Below are positions 12,230 to 24,006 of a stretch of DNA of 38,840 nt, piece by piece. Numbering within the stretch: position 1 is the stretch's first letter; each line of letters begins with the position of its first letter. This stretch comes from Pelomyxa schiedti (taxonomy: Eukaryota > Protista > Evosea): NCBI GenBank assembly GCA_020536535.1, contig JAHLWZ010000025.1:1-38840 (forward strand), read 5' to 3'. The position numbers and the translations under genes were made by a program. The notes under the pieces are model-generated. The model was not told where the DNA came from. It worked only from the letters and a program-made list of their open reading frames with translations, and did no database searches.

Positions 12230-12968
12230 TCACGTGTTGTTTTCAAATGAGTCAGCCTGTATTGCAGTGTACTTGACCCTTGTCTCACCCTGGAAAGTTT
12301 CTCTACGTGCCTTGATGACAAATACGAATTTTCTGTTTGTAATCTCCTGGAAGATAGTTTCAAAAATTGGATCCTGCATTGGGTTGCAGTTAGAAATAAC
12401 CATATCCCTGTTGAATGCACGCATACTGTATTTTGTTGCATCTGCACCACGACCTTACATTTGTGACCAAGTATTTTCTCCCCAACATCATTGAAGCAAC
12501 TGCAGATGACAGACCCTGTGTCATCGCTAACAGTTAAACTCAGTATGTATCTATGGAACTAAGGAGCCGGTTGAAAGTTGCATAATATCAACCTGTAACT
12601 TGGTTCATCAAAGGTTTTACCACACATTTCACAGTGATAATTAACCCCTGCACTGACCACTTTCCTGCATTTTGAATTAGTATTCAGAGATGGCAGGGAG
12701 ACAACCTATTGCAATTTGAGAATGGACATGCTAAATAGTAGAAGCTGTTTGCGTCATGTCTCACCAATGTAACAGTGCCGATAACCTTGTAGCAATGTGG
12801 CTCCTCCTATTTATTCAGTGAATAATTACAATAAAAAAAAATCAAAAATACTGTAGTAGGGCTTTCTGTACGAAATAGGTCTTGAAGCTCCGCCAGATTG
12901 ACGAGGGGATGTCTGGCAGGCTCCTCTGTATCCATAGACCCCCACCCAACACTCTGTATGGGATACAT
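12230..12968 (-). CDS. Replication protein A large-subunit C-terminal OB-fold (DBD-C, zinc ribbon)-only protein
   Basis: YKVIGTVTLVRHDANSFYYLACPFSNCNR|KVV...YHCEMCGKTFDEPSYR|YILSLTVSDDTGSVICSCFNDVGEKILG...KFVFVIKARRETFQGETRVKYT matches RPA70 DBD-C; likely ATG at 12968. Confidence 0.85.
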
Positions 12969-13396
12969 TGCCCTAGAGCAATTTCCAAATTACTTCTCAG
13001 ATATAGATCGTAATGTAATAACAACATGGAACAAGCACACATACCGCTTGGTTTTTTTGGAACCTGAACAACGTTGTGTCACAGTAACTTGGCTCGCAAG
13101 GCTCAAACAGGTGAGGTGGCAGTTAGGGTACCTCGGAAACCGCAACTGGCTTGTCTCTTGAAAGGAAGTGAATTACCGTATCGTGGAGCTGTGTTCAGTG
13201 AGTATATTCAAAGACATATCCGTGGTTTAACTGCAATGGCCGCTCAAGGGGAAAATGTCGTTTTGATTGGTTTCTTCTGTGCTTCACCCTCACGCACCAT
13301 CGTGTGATGCCACCAACATGGGGCTCTCTTCATCAAGAATTGTACACGTACAAGGCTTGGAGTGGCCGCTGACACCATTCATAATTTAAATTAAAA

Positions 13397-14906
13397 ATGC
13401 AGCCGAGAAACAAGAGAGCGAGAAGCGTCCCACAACCGCACGATTCCCCCCAAACAACCCCAAGAATTAGTGATGCGGAGGGAACAACTAAACGGCACCA
13501 CCAGCCCGTGCCCCACCACCACCGTCCCACCCGAGGAGCAAGTCGTGCTAGCACTGGTTCCGAGTGGCGGCGATGGTGGTTGTTGCAGCCAGCAGCCCGG
13601 CTTGTTGTTGTTGTTGTTGGTTGGCGGACACCACTTGGTGGTCGATCCGACGACTCCCCTTACAAGGAGCGAAGGGAAGAGCAGCAGAAATGGTGGCGAC
13701 GATGGCGATGGCGATGGTGCACTGGAATTGTCAGTGTCGAGGAGATATGGTAGCGAGCTGGTGTCGTCCACCGTGAGGGGTGCTTTTGCCTATTTGGACA
13801 GGCTCGCTGTTGATGCCGAAACGGTTTGCTTTTTGTTTGTTTTTCCCTCTTTCTGGCTCAGTTTTGTCATAAATTCCGTTTGTAAGGAGTGCAAATGCTG
13901 CCACTGAGGATGTTACTTTCAGACTGAACACACTCGGTGCGATAATTACGGCAATGGTCAATGAAAGGGTTGAAGAATTGACTGCCGAAATACAGGCGAA
14001 TCTCCGGGTTTGTGTATTTGCATTTGCATTGCATTTTCTTCTTAGCTATTTTTAAAATTTAGACATCACTGAGCCAACTCAGGTCACTTAACTCAAATGA
14101 ACACAGAGGAAACCAGAGAGTGGGTCATTGTTGCATTGTTCACACATTTTTTCCACTTGATACTTGTAACTAACTGGCTACCCACAATCGAATGAAGCTC
14201 ACTTACCCAGAAGAACGTCTGCTTAGTGTGCTGCGAAGCTCATTAAATGAAATTTCCATCTTATTAGGTGTGGAGTTTTTCTGTCTGACAAATAGCCTAA
14301 CACACAAAAGGAACCCACATTCTGGACTTGCCACTTCCAGTTTTGTCAATCATCATAGGATATCTACCAGCAAAGTCTATTGCATCAACTCGTGTAGTCT
14401 GCCTCAAATTCTGGGATGCTGTTCGCACTGGTGTTTTTTTTCCTCCTTACATTCGGGAATGAAACCAATTGTCTATTTCAGCTTATGGTTGCCAAAGCCT
14501 TTCTTTTTCAACTGAGGCACAGAGGTTTAGAGATAGGAGCTGGTCTATGACTGGAATTGATACAATTGAGGCACCATGCATGAATTTCCAGCTCTCTATG
14601 GTGTGCGATAGAAATGGGGACCTCGCTGTCCACTTCAACTTGATAAAGAAGCTGTATGCTCAAGCCATGACAATGGACATTGTGCTCACAGACAAAAACG
14701 GCACTAAAGCTGTCTTTGCAGCAGACCTCCCAACAAACTATCTGTGTCTGGCAAGCCAGCTTGGAGGTGAAATAGCTTTCCCAAGTGGCTCCACAACAAG
14801 AATGCTAACAAAGAAAGTGAACGTCAGTGTGACACTCAAGGACTCATACCAAAGGAGTGATAAGCCCCAACGCCTCAACACACATGGTGATGATGATCCC
14901 CCTTAA
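13397..14906 (+). CDS. F-box protein, tandem paralog A (start/frame ambiguous)
   Basis: Exon ~14311-14432 reads THILDLPLPVLSIIIGYLPAKSIASTRVVCLKFWDAVRT (F-box); five introns at positions equivalent to paralog B; beta-rich C-terminal domain. Confidence 0.75.
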
Positions 14907-14966
14907 TCAAAAAAAGAAGAGTCTCTTCATCAAATAAGGCAGACGAAAAGAAAAAAAAACAAATCA

Positions 14967-16323
14967 ATGGAGCCAACGGCAAAGAGGCCAAGAACCGACC
15001 AACAAACACCACAAAATCAACTGCAGCAACACACAACAACAGAAAATAACGCAGCACTGCACAAACAACAAAAACACGACGGGGATGTTCACGTCACACC
15101 GCCGACGCCAATTGACGGAATCAGTGGCAGTGGCAGTGTCAGTGTCAGTGGTAGTAGTGGTGATGATGGAAAGTTGCTTCCCTACAATGACACAACTGAT
15201 CACAGAGTATTGTTGTCCGCGAGTTACAAGTGTGAGTTGGTGTCATCTTCTGTGAAGGGTGCCTTTGCGTATTTGAACAACCTCGCTGCTGATGCCGAAA
15301 CGGTTTTCTTTTTGTTGTTGTTGAGTAGCGTTAACTAACTTGACTGCCAAATGACACACAGAGTGCAATCGCTGCCACAGCAGACGTGGATTCTACTGTG
15401 AACCTGCTTGGATCAACAATGATGACAATGATTAGTAGTAAGGTTGAAGAATTGAAAGCTGAAATACAGGCAAACTTACAGGTGGGTTTCACAACTCATG
15501 TGTTTTTTAATTTGTTATGGGACCAGAGCTCCTTGAATCAGCTCAAGTCACTCAACACATCTGAGTACTTACGAAACCAGAGAGTGTGTGCCACAGACAT
15601 TGTTTATTTAATTAACGCCACTAATTGGCAATGAAGCTCATTTGCCCAAAAGAACGCCTGTTGAATGCATTTGGAAAATTGTTAAATGACATTTCTATCC
15701 TGCAAGGTCGAACCTTTTATTTGTATTAATAGCACAACACAAACCACACAAAAGGAACTCACATTCTGGACTTGCCACTTGCTGTTCTTTCCATGATCAT
15801 TGGGTACCTACCAGCACAGGGTGTTATTTCCACTCGCGCAGTTTGCTTCAAACTTTGGGATGCTGTTCGCACTGGTGTGAAATTCCCTCTCTTGATTTTT
15901 TCCCATTGAAATACCATCATCTTTTTCAGTGTATGGCTGCCAGAGGGTAACATTGTCCACAGAGGCTGAAAAGCGGGGTGAAGATATGTGGCTTGTGGCA
16001 GGAGATCAGGTAATTGTCACTCCAGTATCAAAAAGGCAAAGAGTGGCCTTTTAGTCTATTTCTCAGTGGCCAAGAAGGTCTATGTCCAACGCAAGAACAT
16101 TGACATTGACCTGATAGACGAGACCAACAACACCACCAGCTCCCATTTCAGAGACCTTGATGAAAACTTTCTGAGTCAGGCAAGACACAAGAGCAGTGCC
16201 CTGCACATGAACATTCACAGTCTGACAATGGGAAACAAACTGCGTATCAACGTGACAGTAACGGATGCCTACCAAAGAACAACCCAACGCCTCCACACTC
16301 CTCCATCGTCATGGCAGACCTGA
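14967..16323 (+). pseudogene. F-box protein, tandem paralog B, frameshifted in last exon
   Basis: THILDLPLAVLSMIIGYLPAQGVISTRAVCFKLWDAVRT; similarity to paralog A switches frame at ~16023, giving TAG at 16052-16054. Confidence 0.65.
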
Positions 16324-16621
16324 AGAAAACGGCACTTGGGGTCTAAGGCTAAAAACAACAATATGGAGGGCCTGTGTTAGCCCCCACCACTTGTTTTTGT
16401 GTGTTGTGGGACGTTCAACAGTTCCACTGTGGAGATCAAGTTTGGGTGTGGGTTTGTCTTGTTCTTGGTGTGGGACACTCTATCTGTTGAGAATGATGGA
16501 TGTTGTCTTCGTGTTACGAATCTTTAATACAAACAAAGATTAAGTGTCGACTCTGAGGGCACTCAAAACACCCCAACCACTCTTTCTTTAACGTCGACTC
16601 TACACTAAAGGCCTCAGCCTT

Positions 16622-17109
16622 GTGGGGTGGAGATTATGGCAACATCAGAGCTTACCAATCAAGAAAATAAAAATTCGTGGAAACCTTGGAACGGAGGATT
16701 TATGGCCTCGCTCAGTTTGTCGCCCCCTCTTTTCACTTAAATGCGAGGTTATAAAGTCAAGTCCTTACGTCCTAAAAGGCATTGAAAAGCGAACTTACCC
16801 TACGACGTCGTCGTCTTCCTCATTATCACATGTTCTTGAAGTGTCGCGGGTTGTGTTGGACATGGTGGTGAGACCTGGTTGGCTCGACAACGACCGCAAG
16901 TACAAAATATGCAGGAACACCGACCTGTTCCGAGTCGGCGAGGCGATGTTCCCTCTGGCCGGGGTCGTGTGCCCCAGGGCAATCGCGCTCGCCCACATTC
17001 GCGGCGAGAATCGCTACAATGTGATCACGAGTGCTGCCAGTGTCCCTGCCCCTCGTTGCGTTGCTTGGCTCATAAACCACAGGGAGTGGTGCTTCCACAA
17101 CCCCCACAG

Positions 17110-17185
<76 letters not shown>

Positions 17186-19167
17186 TGCATCAGCAAAGTC
17201 CTCGCTCTTCCCATACCAACACGCATCACTGTGACAAATGCAACTGAAACTGAGGGCAGCAGCCACAGTGGTGGAACGACACGTGATTGGGGTGAGTCAT
17301 TGTCTGCTGTGAAGGAGGGTGTGGCTGCACTCATGGGTTTGTGCATTGGCGGCCACCTGGCGATGGCAAAGGCAATGCTGGGATTGGGCATAAATGATGG
17401 CGCAGTGACATACAGTGAGCCGTGTTTGTGGGATGGGTGGGGTGTTGTTGGCTGGGGATTGTTGAACCGGGAAGTGAGAAACGGGCTGAGGGAAAGGGTG
17501 ATTGAGTATGTGAGGGAAGACTGTGGAAATTTCATGTTCCTGCACTCTGTGTGTGGAATTGGTGGCAACTTGGATGTTGTCAAGTGGTTGGTGGATGATG
17601 TGATGGGAGGCGCGGAGCACAGGAAGGGGAACACGTTGGGTTTGGATCTGTATGGACCCCTTAAGACATGCTTGGGTCGCGGGAAGATGGAAGTTTTCAA
17701 GTGGTTGTTTGACCGCATTGAGATCGAGAATCCACTGCCTCCCACTGGGCATGGGGAGTTGATCTTATCCTGTGTCCTTGGAGAGTGTCCTGGAAATTTC
17801 AAGTGGTGCCTTGAGAATTTACAAGTGGGACACAACAAAGAAGGTCTTCTTCAATTACTGCTGAAAAACAGGCACACAACTGTGAAAGATTGTCAATGGC
17901 TTGAAGGCACCCTCTGTGAACACGGAATGAGTGATGGGACCACCGTTCTTGCAGCGATTAAAAAAGTCGAGGTTGTCAAGTGGCTGCTCACTTTGTTCCC
18001 CTCCAAGAGCCTGGATGAGGACACATTCAATTGCTTCTGCAAAAATACTGGAGACACAGAATTTGTGCAGTGGTTGATAACTGAAATGAATTGTACTCCG
18101 ACAGCTGAATCCTTTGCCTCGGCGTGTTCCACATCAGCAAAGCAAGGTTCTTTGCTTGCAAGGTTTCTGTTACCGAGGGTGACACTCTCAGAGTCCGACA
18201 TCATCCACTCCATGGTTCAGGCACTCCGTTGGAACAATACTGAAGTTGTACAATGGTTGGAGGATACCTTCCACGTGATGCAGTCCATCAACAGCAACAC
18301 AGAGATTGCCGGCCACGCATTGGAAGAGTTGTGCAAGGGGTGCCACGTTTTCAAAGAAAACTTGGTTGGTTTGAAGTGGTTCATTCAGCACCTCTCACCT
18401 TCTTCACTGAAAATGAGCTCCGAGCTCATTCACAAGGCTGTTTCCATTGCATTGACTACTCCCCTTCCTGAGACTGTTGCATTTGTGTTGGAGAGCTTCC
18501 CGCATTTTGAGCCTCAGCTCCACCAATCACTGTTTAAGGATATCACATTAACCTTCATGGAGTTCAACCTGAGTGCTCTGCAGTGCCTCTTTTCTCCGTT
18601 GGTTTCTGCTGCTGATGGCTCCTCGTTGTTGACACCTGAGTTTGCGGCGCAGTGCCTCACTTCCAGTGATTTCCATCCGTTTTCCAGCAGGACTGTCAAG
18701 TGGGTGATTCGCAGGTTCAACCTGCAGTATGACCACATCAGAGCCAACAACAACATGTTACTGTTCAAGTTGTTGTCTGGGAAGAAGAACGGCTGTGCAC
18801 AGTGGCTTCTTGACTCCTTTGACATCCCTTTGACTGATGTATGTGGGGTTTTGTCTTTTAATGTGCATTTTAACCAACAACATGCCAAAACAACAAGGTT
18901 GCTGAAATGGCCAGAAGCTGCACTGGATTTGATTGCCTTGACCTTGTTGGCTGGAAGTTGCTTGAGAGGCATTACCCCGCCATCGACGCTGCCATCATTC
19001 GGAGTCACTTCATTTCCATGATTTCTAACTCACCACATGTGGCAATACACACGATCCACTCCTTCGGCATCCCCCTCAATGAGTTCCACGACTATGTGGG
19101 AAAACAAAGCTTTTACAGTGTTGCTGACGCCACCAAGATATGGCTTGGAATGTCCCTCTCTTACTGA
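16622..19167 (+). CDS. Hypothetical degenerate ankyrin-like/helical-repeat protein
   Basis: 799-codon open frame with recurring (L/V)xVVKWL-type motifs (GNLDVVKWLV, KMEVFKWLF, VEVVKWLL, NTEVVQWLE); one GTATGT..AAG intron ~18839-18897; first ATG at 16862. Confidence 0.75.
17108..17184 (+). repeat. (AGC/AAC)n coding microsatellite encoding poly-SN
   Basis: Tandem agcaac hexamers within the ORF. Confidence 0.95.
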
Positions 19168-19396
19168 GATTACCATTCATTTTTCATTGTTCAGCCCAGT
19201 TAATTAAAATAAAAAAAAAAAAAGTACTTTTGACCACCTTGAATGGCACCTCAACTCATCATAGTCTGGCTCTTTTCCAGTTCCAGCCACCACCACTCTC
19301 CTCACCATCATCCTCCTCCTCATAGTCCTCGTTCTTTTCCCCCTCCTCCGTTCAGTCACATGATTTCCTCGAAATACCATTTTTCGCTTTCCAGTG

Positions 19397-22285
19397 ATGA
19401 GCTACACGACGAGGCCAGCAGCCACCCCCCAACAGCAACAACAACAACAACATCGTCGGCGTGCGCAGCAGCAAACATCATCCTCTACATGTGAAGCAAC
19501 AACAACAGCAGCAGCCGAGGAGGAGGCGGGAGAGCGGGGGGATGAGCAAGACGGCGNNNNNNNNNNNNNNNNNNNNNNNNNNNNNNNNNNNNNNNNNNNN
19601 NNNNNNNNNNNNNNNNNNNNNNNNNNNNNNNNNNNNNNNNNNNNNNNNNNNNNNNNCAACAACAACAACAACATCGTCGGCGTGCGCAGCAGCAAACATC
19701 ATCCTCTACATGTGAAGCAACAACAACAGCAGCAGCCGAGGAGGAGGCGGGAGAGCGGGGGGATGAGCAAGACGGCGGGGGGAGCCCCTGGGGGGACCGG
19801 GGGGATGCAGATGCGGACGTGGACGTGGACGTGGAGGACGGGGTGGGGCTGGGGCTGGGGAGAGGGGGCGTGGGCGTGGGTGCTGGTGCTGGTACCGGCG
19901 GAGGGAATGGGGCGGGGGGAGGGGGGGAGCCGGACACGCTGAGGGCGAGGGTGGACCAACTCGAGGAGGAGATCCTGGCTGAGAACAATGCTGTGTGTGT
20001 AATACTAGTTAGTTATTGTAGTAGTGGTGGTGGTGGCGGCAGTTGTGCGGCACTTTTACTATTTATTACTGATGGTTAATGCACGCACCACCTCATAGGA
20101 AGTGCGATGAGGGTACTACTACTAGTAGTAGCAGTAGCAGCAGCCAGTTGGAGTGAGGAAAATTAATTTATACACCCACACAGGTTATAGAGCTGGAAGC
20201 ATTGAATGAGACTCTGGAGAGAGAGTGGAAAGAGGCCAACAGAACATTGAATGACCTCATTCGTCGTATTGAACAGCTCAACCACCAGAAGGAATCCATC
20301 AACTTTGCACTTGCTTCCATGGTTTTTTTCCCGTTGTGCTTCCCCTCTTCTTTCTAACAAGCCCAAAGGCGATTGACCGGTACATTTCTGATGGCTCCCA
20401 GCTTGCGTCACTGCAATCCCGCCTTGAAGTCCACTTGGATTCAACGCGGAACCTGGAGCAACTGTGTTTGTACACAGGGTCCTTCACACCTCCCCCGACG
20501 ACTCTCTACTTCACGGTTGTGTCTCTGGAGGAAGAATTGATCGTACGAGTCCCTATTCTCTCTCTTTTTCTTCCCGTGATGAGTGAGAAGAGCTAATTAT
20601 AACCCTTCCTTTTTATTTTTCCCTCTTTTTTTGTTGTTGTTTTTTCAGGAGTATAACAAAACCGTGGAGTCCTTGAAGGCGGAAAAGATTGGACTCCAAA
20701 AACTTCTCAAAGGAGTTGAGCACAAAGAAAAACGCACAACAGGTGATGAAATCTCCCCGTCAGGTGTACCGGAGGACAACAAAGTTGAATATCATCTAAA
20801 AACTCTGAGAGACAAGGTTCCTTTCCTTTTTTTCTTTCAAATCACTCACTTACCTACATACTGTTGTCTTTTAGAAAACGGCACTTGAAATTGAGTTGCT
20901 GCATGAGTATGACAAACATGAAATTCTTGCCAAAATTCAAGCTGAAAAAACTGAGGCCCTTGATGAGTTGGCAAAGAGACTCACTTCTCATTCTGCAACG
21001 CTCGAAAAACTCAACCAAATTCAAGTTAGGTTTTTCTCTCAACAATTCACTTTGATATTGGCGTAACTGATTAACCACTCAGACAGAAATCGCCACTCAA
21101 AAACACAACTATGAGGAGCTCAATACCGAGAAAGACAAGTACCCATTCATTTTATTATTTCAATATGTATTAGACTGAGAAGTTTTCTTATTATTATATT
21201 ATTACTCCTGCCTCTTCGGTTCTTTGTTGCATCAGATTTTCCCGAATTCTCCAAAGAAAGGAACGTGATCTTGCCAAAGCAGAATCCAAGGCACGAGCGG
21301 ATGGCATTCCAGAAGTATGCACCAACAACAAAACTTTCCCTTTGACATTCCAAAAACAGGAACTTTGGATACATGAAAAAGTAAAGATAACTGTGAGTGA
21401 GACTCCTCCTCTTCACCCAACAACTTACCTCACCCAATTTCTTCTTACATCCTAGGATGAACTATCAAGCCTCGAGGGTGCAATGAAAGAGTTGAATAGC
21501 AAACTTTCCCAACAAAAGAAACAAGTTGCGGACCTTCAAACTCAACTGCGACTTTCCAAGGTCTCTTTTGGCGGTATCTGGCGACCAACAAACACTCTAT
21601 CTCTCCTGGAATTCTAGAATTAATGGTGCCTAACACAGGAAGGACAATGCGGTCCACTGCTCAGCTCCGTTCTCAACAAACGAGCACCCCCACAACTGAA
21701 GAGGAGGAACGGCTTCAACTGGAGGCCATCCAAGAACTGGCTGCCACAATAGTTTCCGTTGAACACGAAATCATTGAAAAAGATGAAATGATAAGGGTGT
21801 GTGAAATATTAGTATCCCGATTTCTCTTTTTAATTCTGCACACACAGAACCTGGAGCAAAATCTGCATGCGATACATGCAAGGAGCCAAGCGGAAGAAAC
21901 CGACTTCACGCAGCACATGGCAACCACTTCACAGAGGAATTTGGTCCTGAAACAGCGACTGTCATCCCTGAACTCCTCAAACACTGCGCCGCCACCGCTC
22001 CGCACAACCACACCAACAACCACATCCACCGCCACAAACCGCGGAACCTCTGCAAAAACAACAAAACCAATGGCGTCACCAACAACAGCAGCATCGCCGC
22101 GGAGAAGTTTTCATCAATCACAGCAGCAGCAAATATCAAGGTGTGTACATACATACTTTCATACATTCTTCCGGCCTAACAACCCCAAAAAGAACTTCGA
22201 ACTCGAGAAGGAATGTAACCACGAACTATCAAAGGCAGCTGCCCAGCAGGTCCTCTTCCTCCTCCGCCCTGTGATTGTTGTGTAA
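19397..22285 (+). CDS. Coiled-coil protein with low-complexity Gln/Gly N-terminus
   Basis: MSYTTRPAATPQQQ..., heptad-rich exons (LRARVDQLEEEILAENNA|VIELEALNETLEREWKEANRTLNDL; EYNKTVESLKAEKIGLQKLL; LQLEAIQELAATIVSVEHEII); multiple GT-AG introns; 3' end approximate. Confidence 0.7.
19436..19776 (+). repeat. ~120 bp duplication across N gap (scaffolding artefact)
   Basis: 19436-19556 repeated from 19657 after 100 N. Confidence 0.9.
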
Positions 22286-22567
22286 CAATTCCTTCAACAA
22301 AGTGTTACTATCACTCTCCCTTTGTGAAAAAGTGTAAAACAAAAAACAACAAAAATTTCAAATTCCCCAACATCATCTGACACTGCCAAAGTGACCACGC
22401 CGTTTTGTTGTTCTGGTAATACCGCGTGTATCAGTGGCTGGGGTTGATGGATCTCGCCACCACCTATTCTTGCTTCTATAGAAAAGAATTGGTACGCAGT
22501 CCGGTCTGGCCAATCTCAGAAGAATCATTGGTTCGTTTCCTCTCTCTTTAAAGTACAGAACAACGAA

Positions 22568-23576
22568 ATGCGCCGCTCCATTGCAGTGCTGCTTTTGATC
22601 GTCGTGGTGTCAGTGGTGTGCCTCAGTGTTCTCCTGCGTTCCTTTCTGTGGAGTGTCCCGCCTCCCACCACCACAGCCACAGTAACTGGTGATGTCAGTT
22701 CAAGCAACAGTTCTGTTACCACGGCGCCGATGATGTCATCATCACCCATCCCTCCTGCTGTTGTTGAAGAGACAATAATACCTACGATCCCACTTGTTGT
22801 TGTTGGGGCTTACTTCCACGGAGAGGGTGATCCACCAGAGACCTGGAAGCCGAACCACAGCCACTTGCGTGGAGTACTTCAGAGGGTGGTATGATTCTCT
22901 CCACAAGAATGGAATCCACGGCGTTCTGGTGCACAATGGGCTGGACGAGGCTGTGGTGAGGCAGATGGAGACTGACACTTTCAAGTTTGTGAAGGTGGAC
23001 AGGTCACAGTACAGCAGCAGGAACATGTGGCCAAACGAGTGGAGGATGCTGGCTCTTCTGGATTTGGTGCGAAACCACAGAGAGTGGGAGTACGTGATGG
23101 CCACTGATGTTCTGGATGTGAGGTTCAACAGAAACCCAGTTGAGATGATGCGCAACATCACCGGCCGTGACATATTCTTCTCGTGGGAGGAGGGGGTGGA
23201 CTGGGTGTGGGTGCATCTCTGGTGGAAGGCCTGCGACCTGATTGACAGGACTGACGAAAAGAAGCTTCTGTACAACTGCGGGGTGTTTGGTGGCAAGAGG
23301 GAAGCCATGATTGCACACCTGGAAGTGGTGGCACAAAATCTGATCAGGATGACAGAGCACACTGGAAAAGCCGAAGGGGTGGTGTGCGACATGATTGCAC
23401 ACAACAGTGCTATCCAAGATTACTGGATGGGAAGCTCAACGATGCAAGAGAGAATGTGGGACCGTGATGACAGTCACCCTTTGTTCACTAGCAAGTTAAA
23501 AGTGATTTCCAGTGACGACAACAAATACTCTGTGGTCCATAAGAAAAATGAAAGGGGCGCAGTCTGCCCTCACTAG
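22568..23576 (+). CDS. Intronless type II membrane glycosyltransferase-like protein with single +1 frameshift
   Basis: N-terminal TM + Ser/Thr/Pro stem (ORF 22568); catalytic-like region with ATDVLDV and NCGVFGG (ORF 22794); frames join at gat cca C cag aga (~22835). Confidence 0.65.
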
Positions 23577-24006
23577 CTCCGACTGACTCCATTGAATTTT
23601 GATGCCGTTGCTAGATTTTGAAACAAGAAGAACTTCACCACACAACCCAATAACTTGTTTTCATCGCAACTTAGAGGAACAAAACAGTGACGAAGATGCG
23701 ATGATAGTTTCAACAAAGTTGAATACTGCTTAGCAATAAACAAACGGCGATTTCCGGTTTTTCATTGCTTCGATAAATTCCAGAGTGTAGATCCCCTTTC
23801 ATCACAACAATGACAGTTGCCTAACACTGGTTGGTAGCACTGGCATCACGTTGGGAATTACGTGGTCAGACTCTGTCGTGTGCGTGCTGGTGGCCATTCT
23901 TGTTTACCAAGCTTACTTAATGAATCCTCCACGAATGTTTACAAAATAAACATTTGACATTGTACACAATTAAATGATTGGTCAGGAAGGATGGGTAGTG
24001 GTAGAT

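Noticed and set aside
16010-16025. 16-nt GTAATT..CCAG mini-intron that might rescue F-box B
   Set aside because: Removing it gives the third frame, not the one homologous to paralog A.
16879-17838. Poly-Q, poly-L and poly-AV ORFs overlapping the 799-aa frame
   Set aside because: Alternative-frame readings of the AGC/AAC microsatellite.
19436-19776. Apparent internal repeat in coiled-coil gene
   Set aside because: Same gap-flanking overlap artefact.
13397-23576. General programmed-frameshift or alternative-genetic-code system explaining the three broken genes
   Set aside because: The lesions differ in type and share no slippery motif; conserved genes translate cleanly with the standard code and use all three stop codons.
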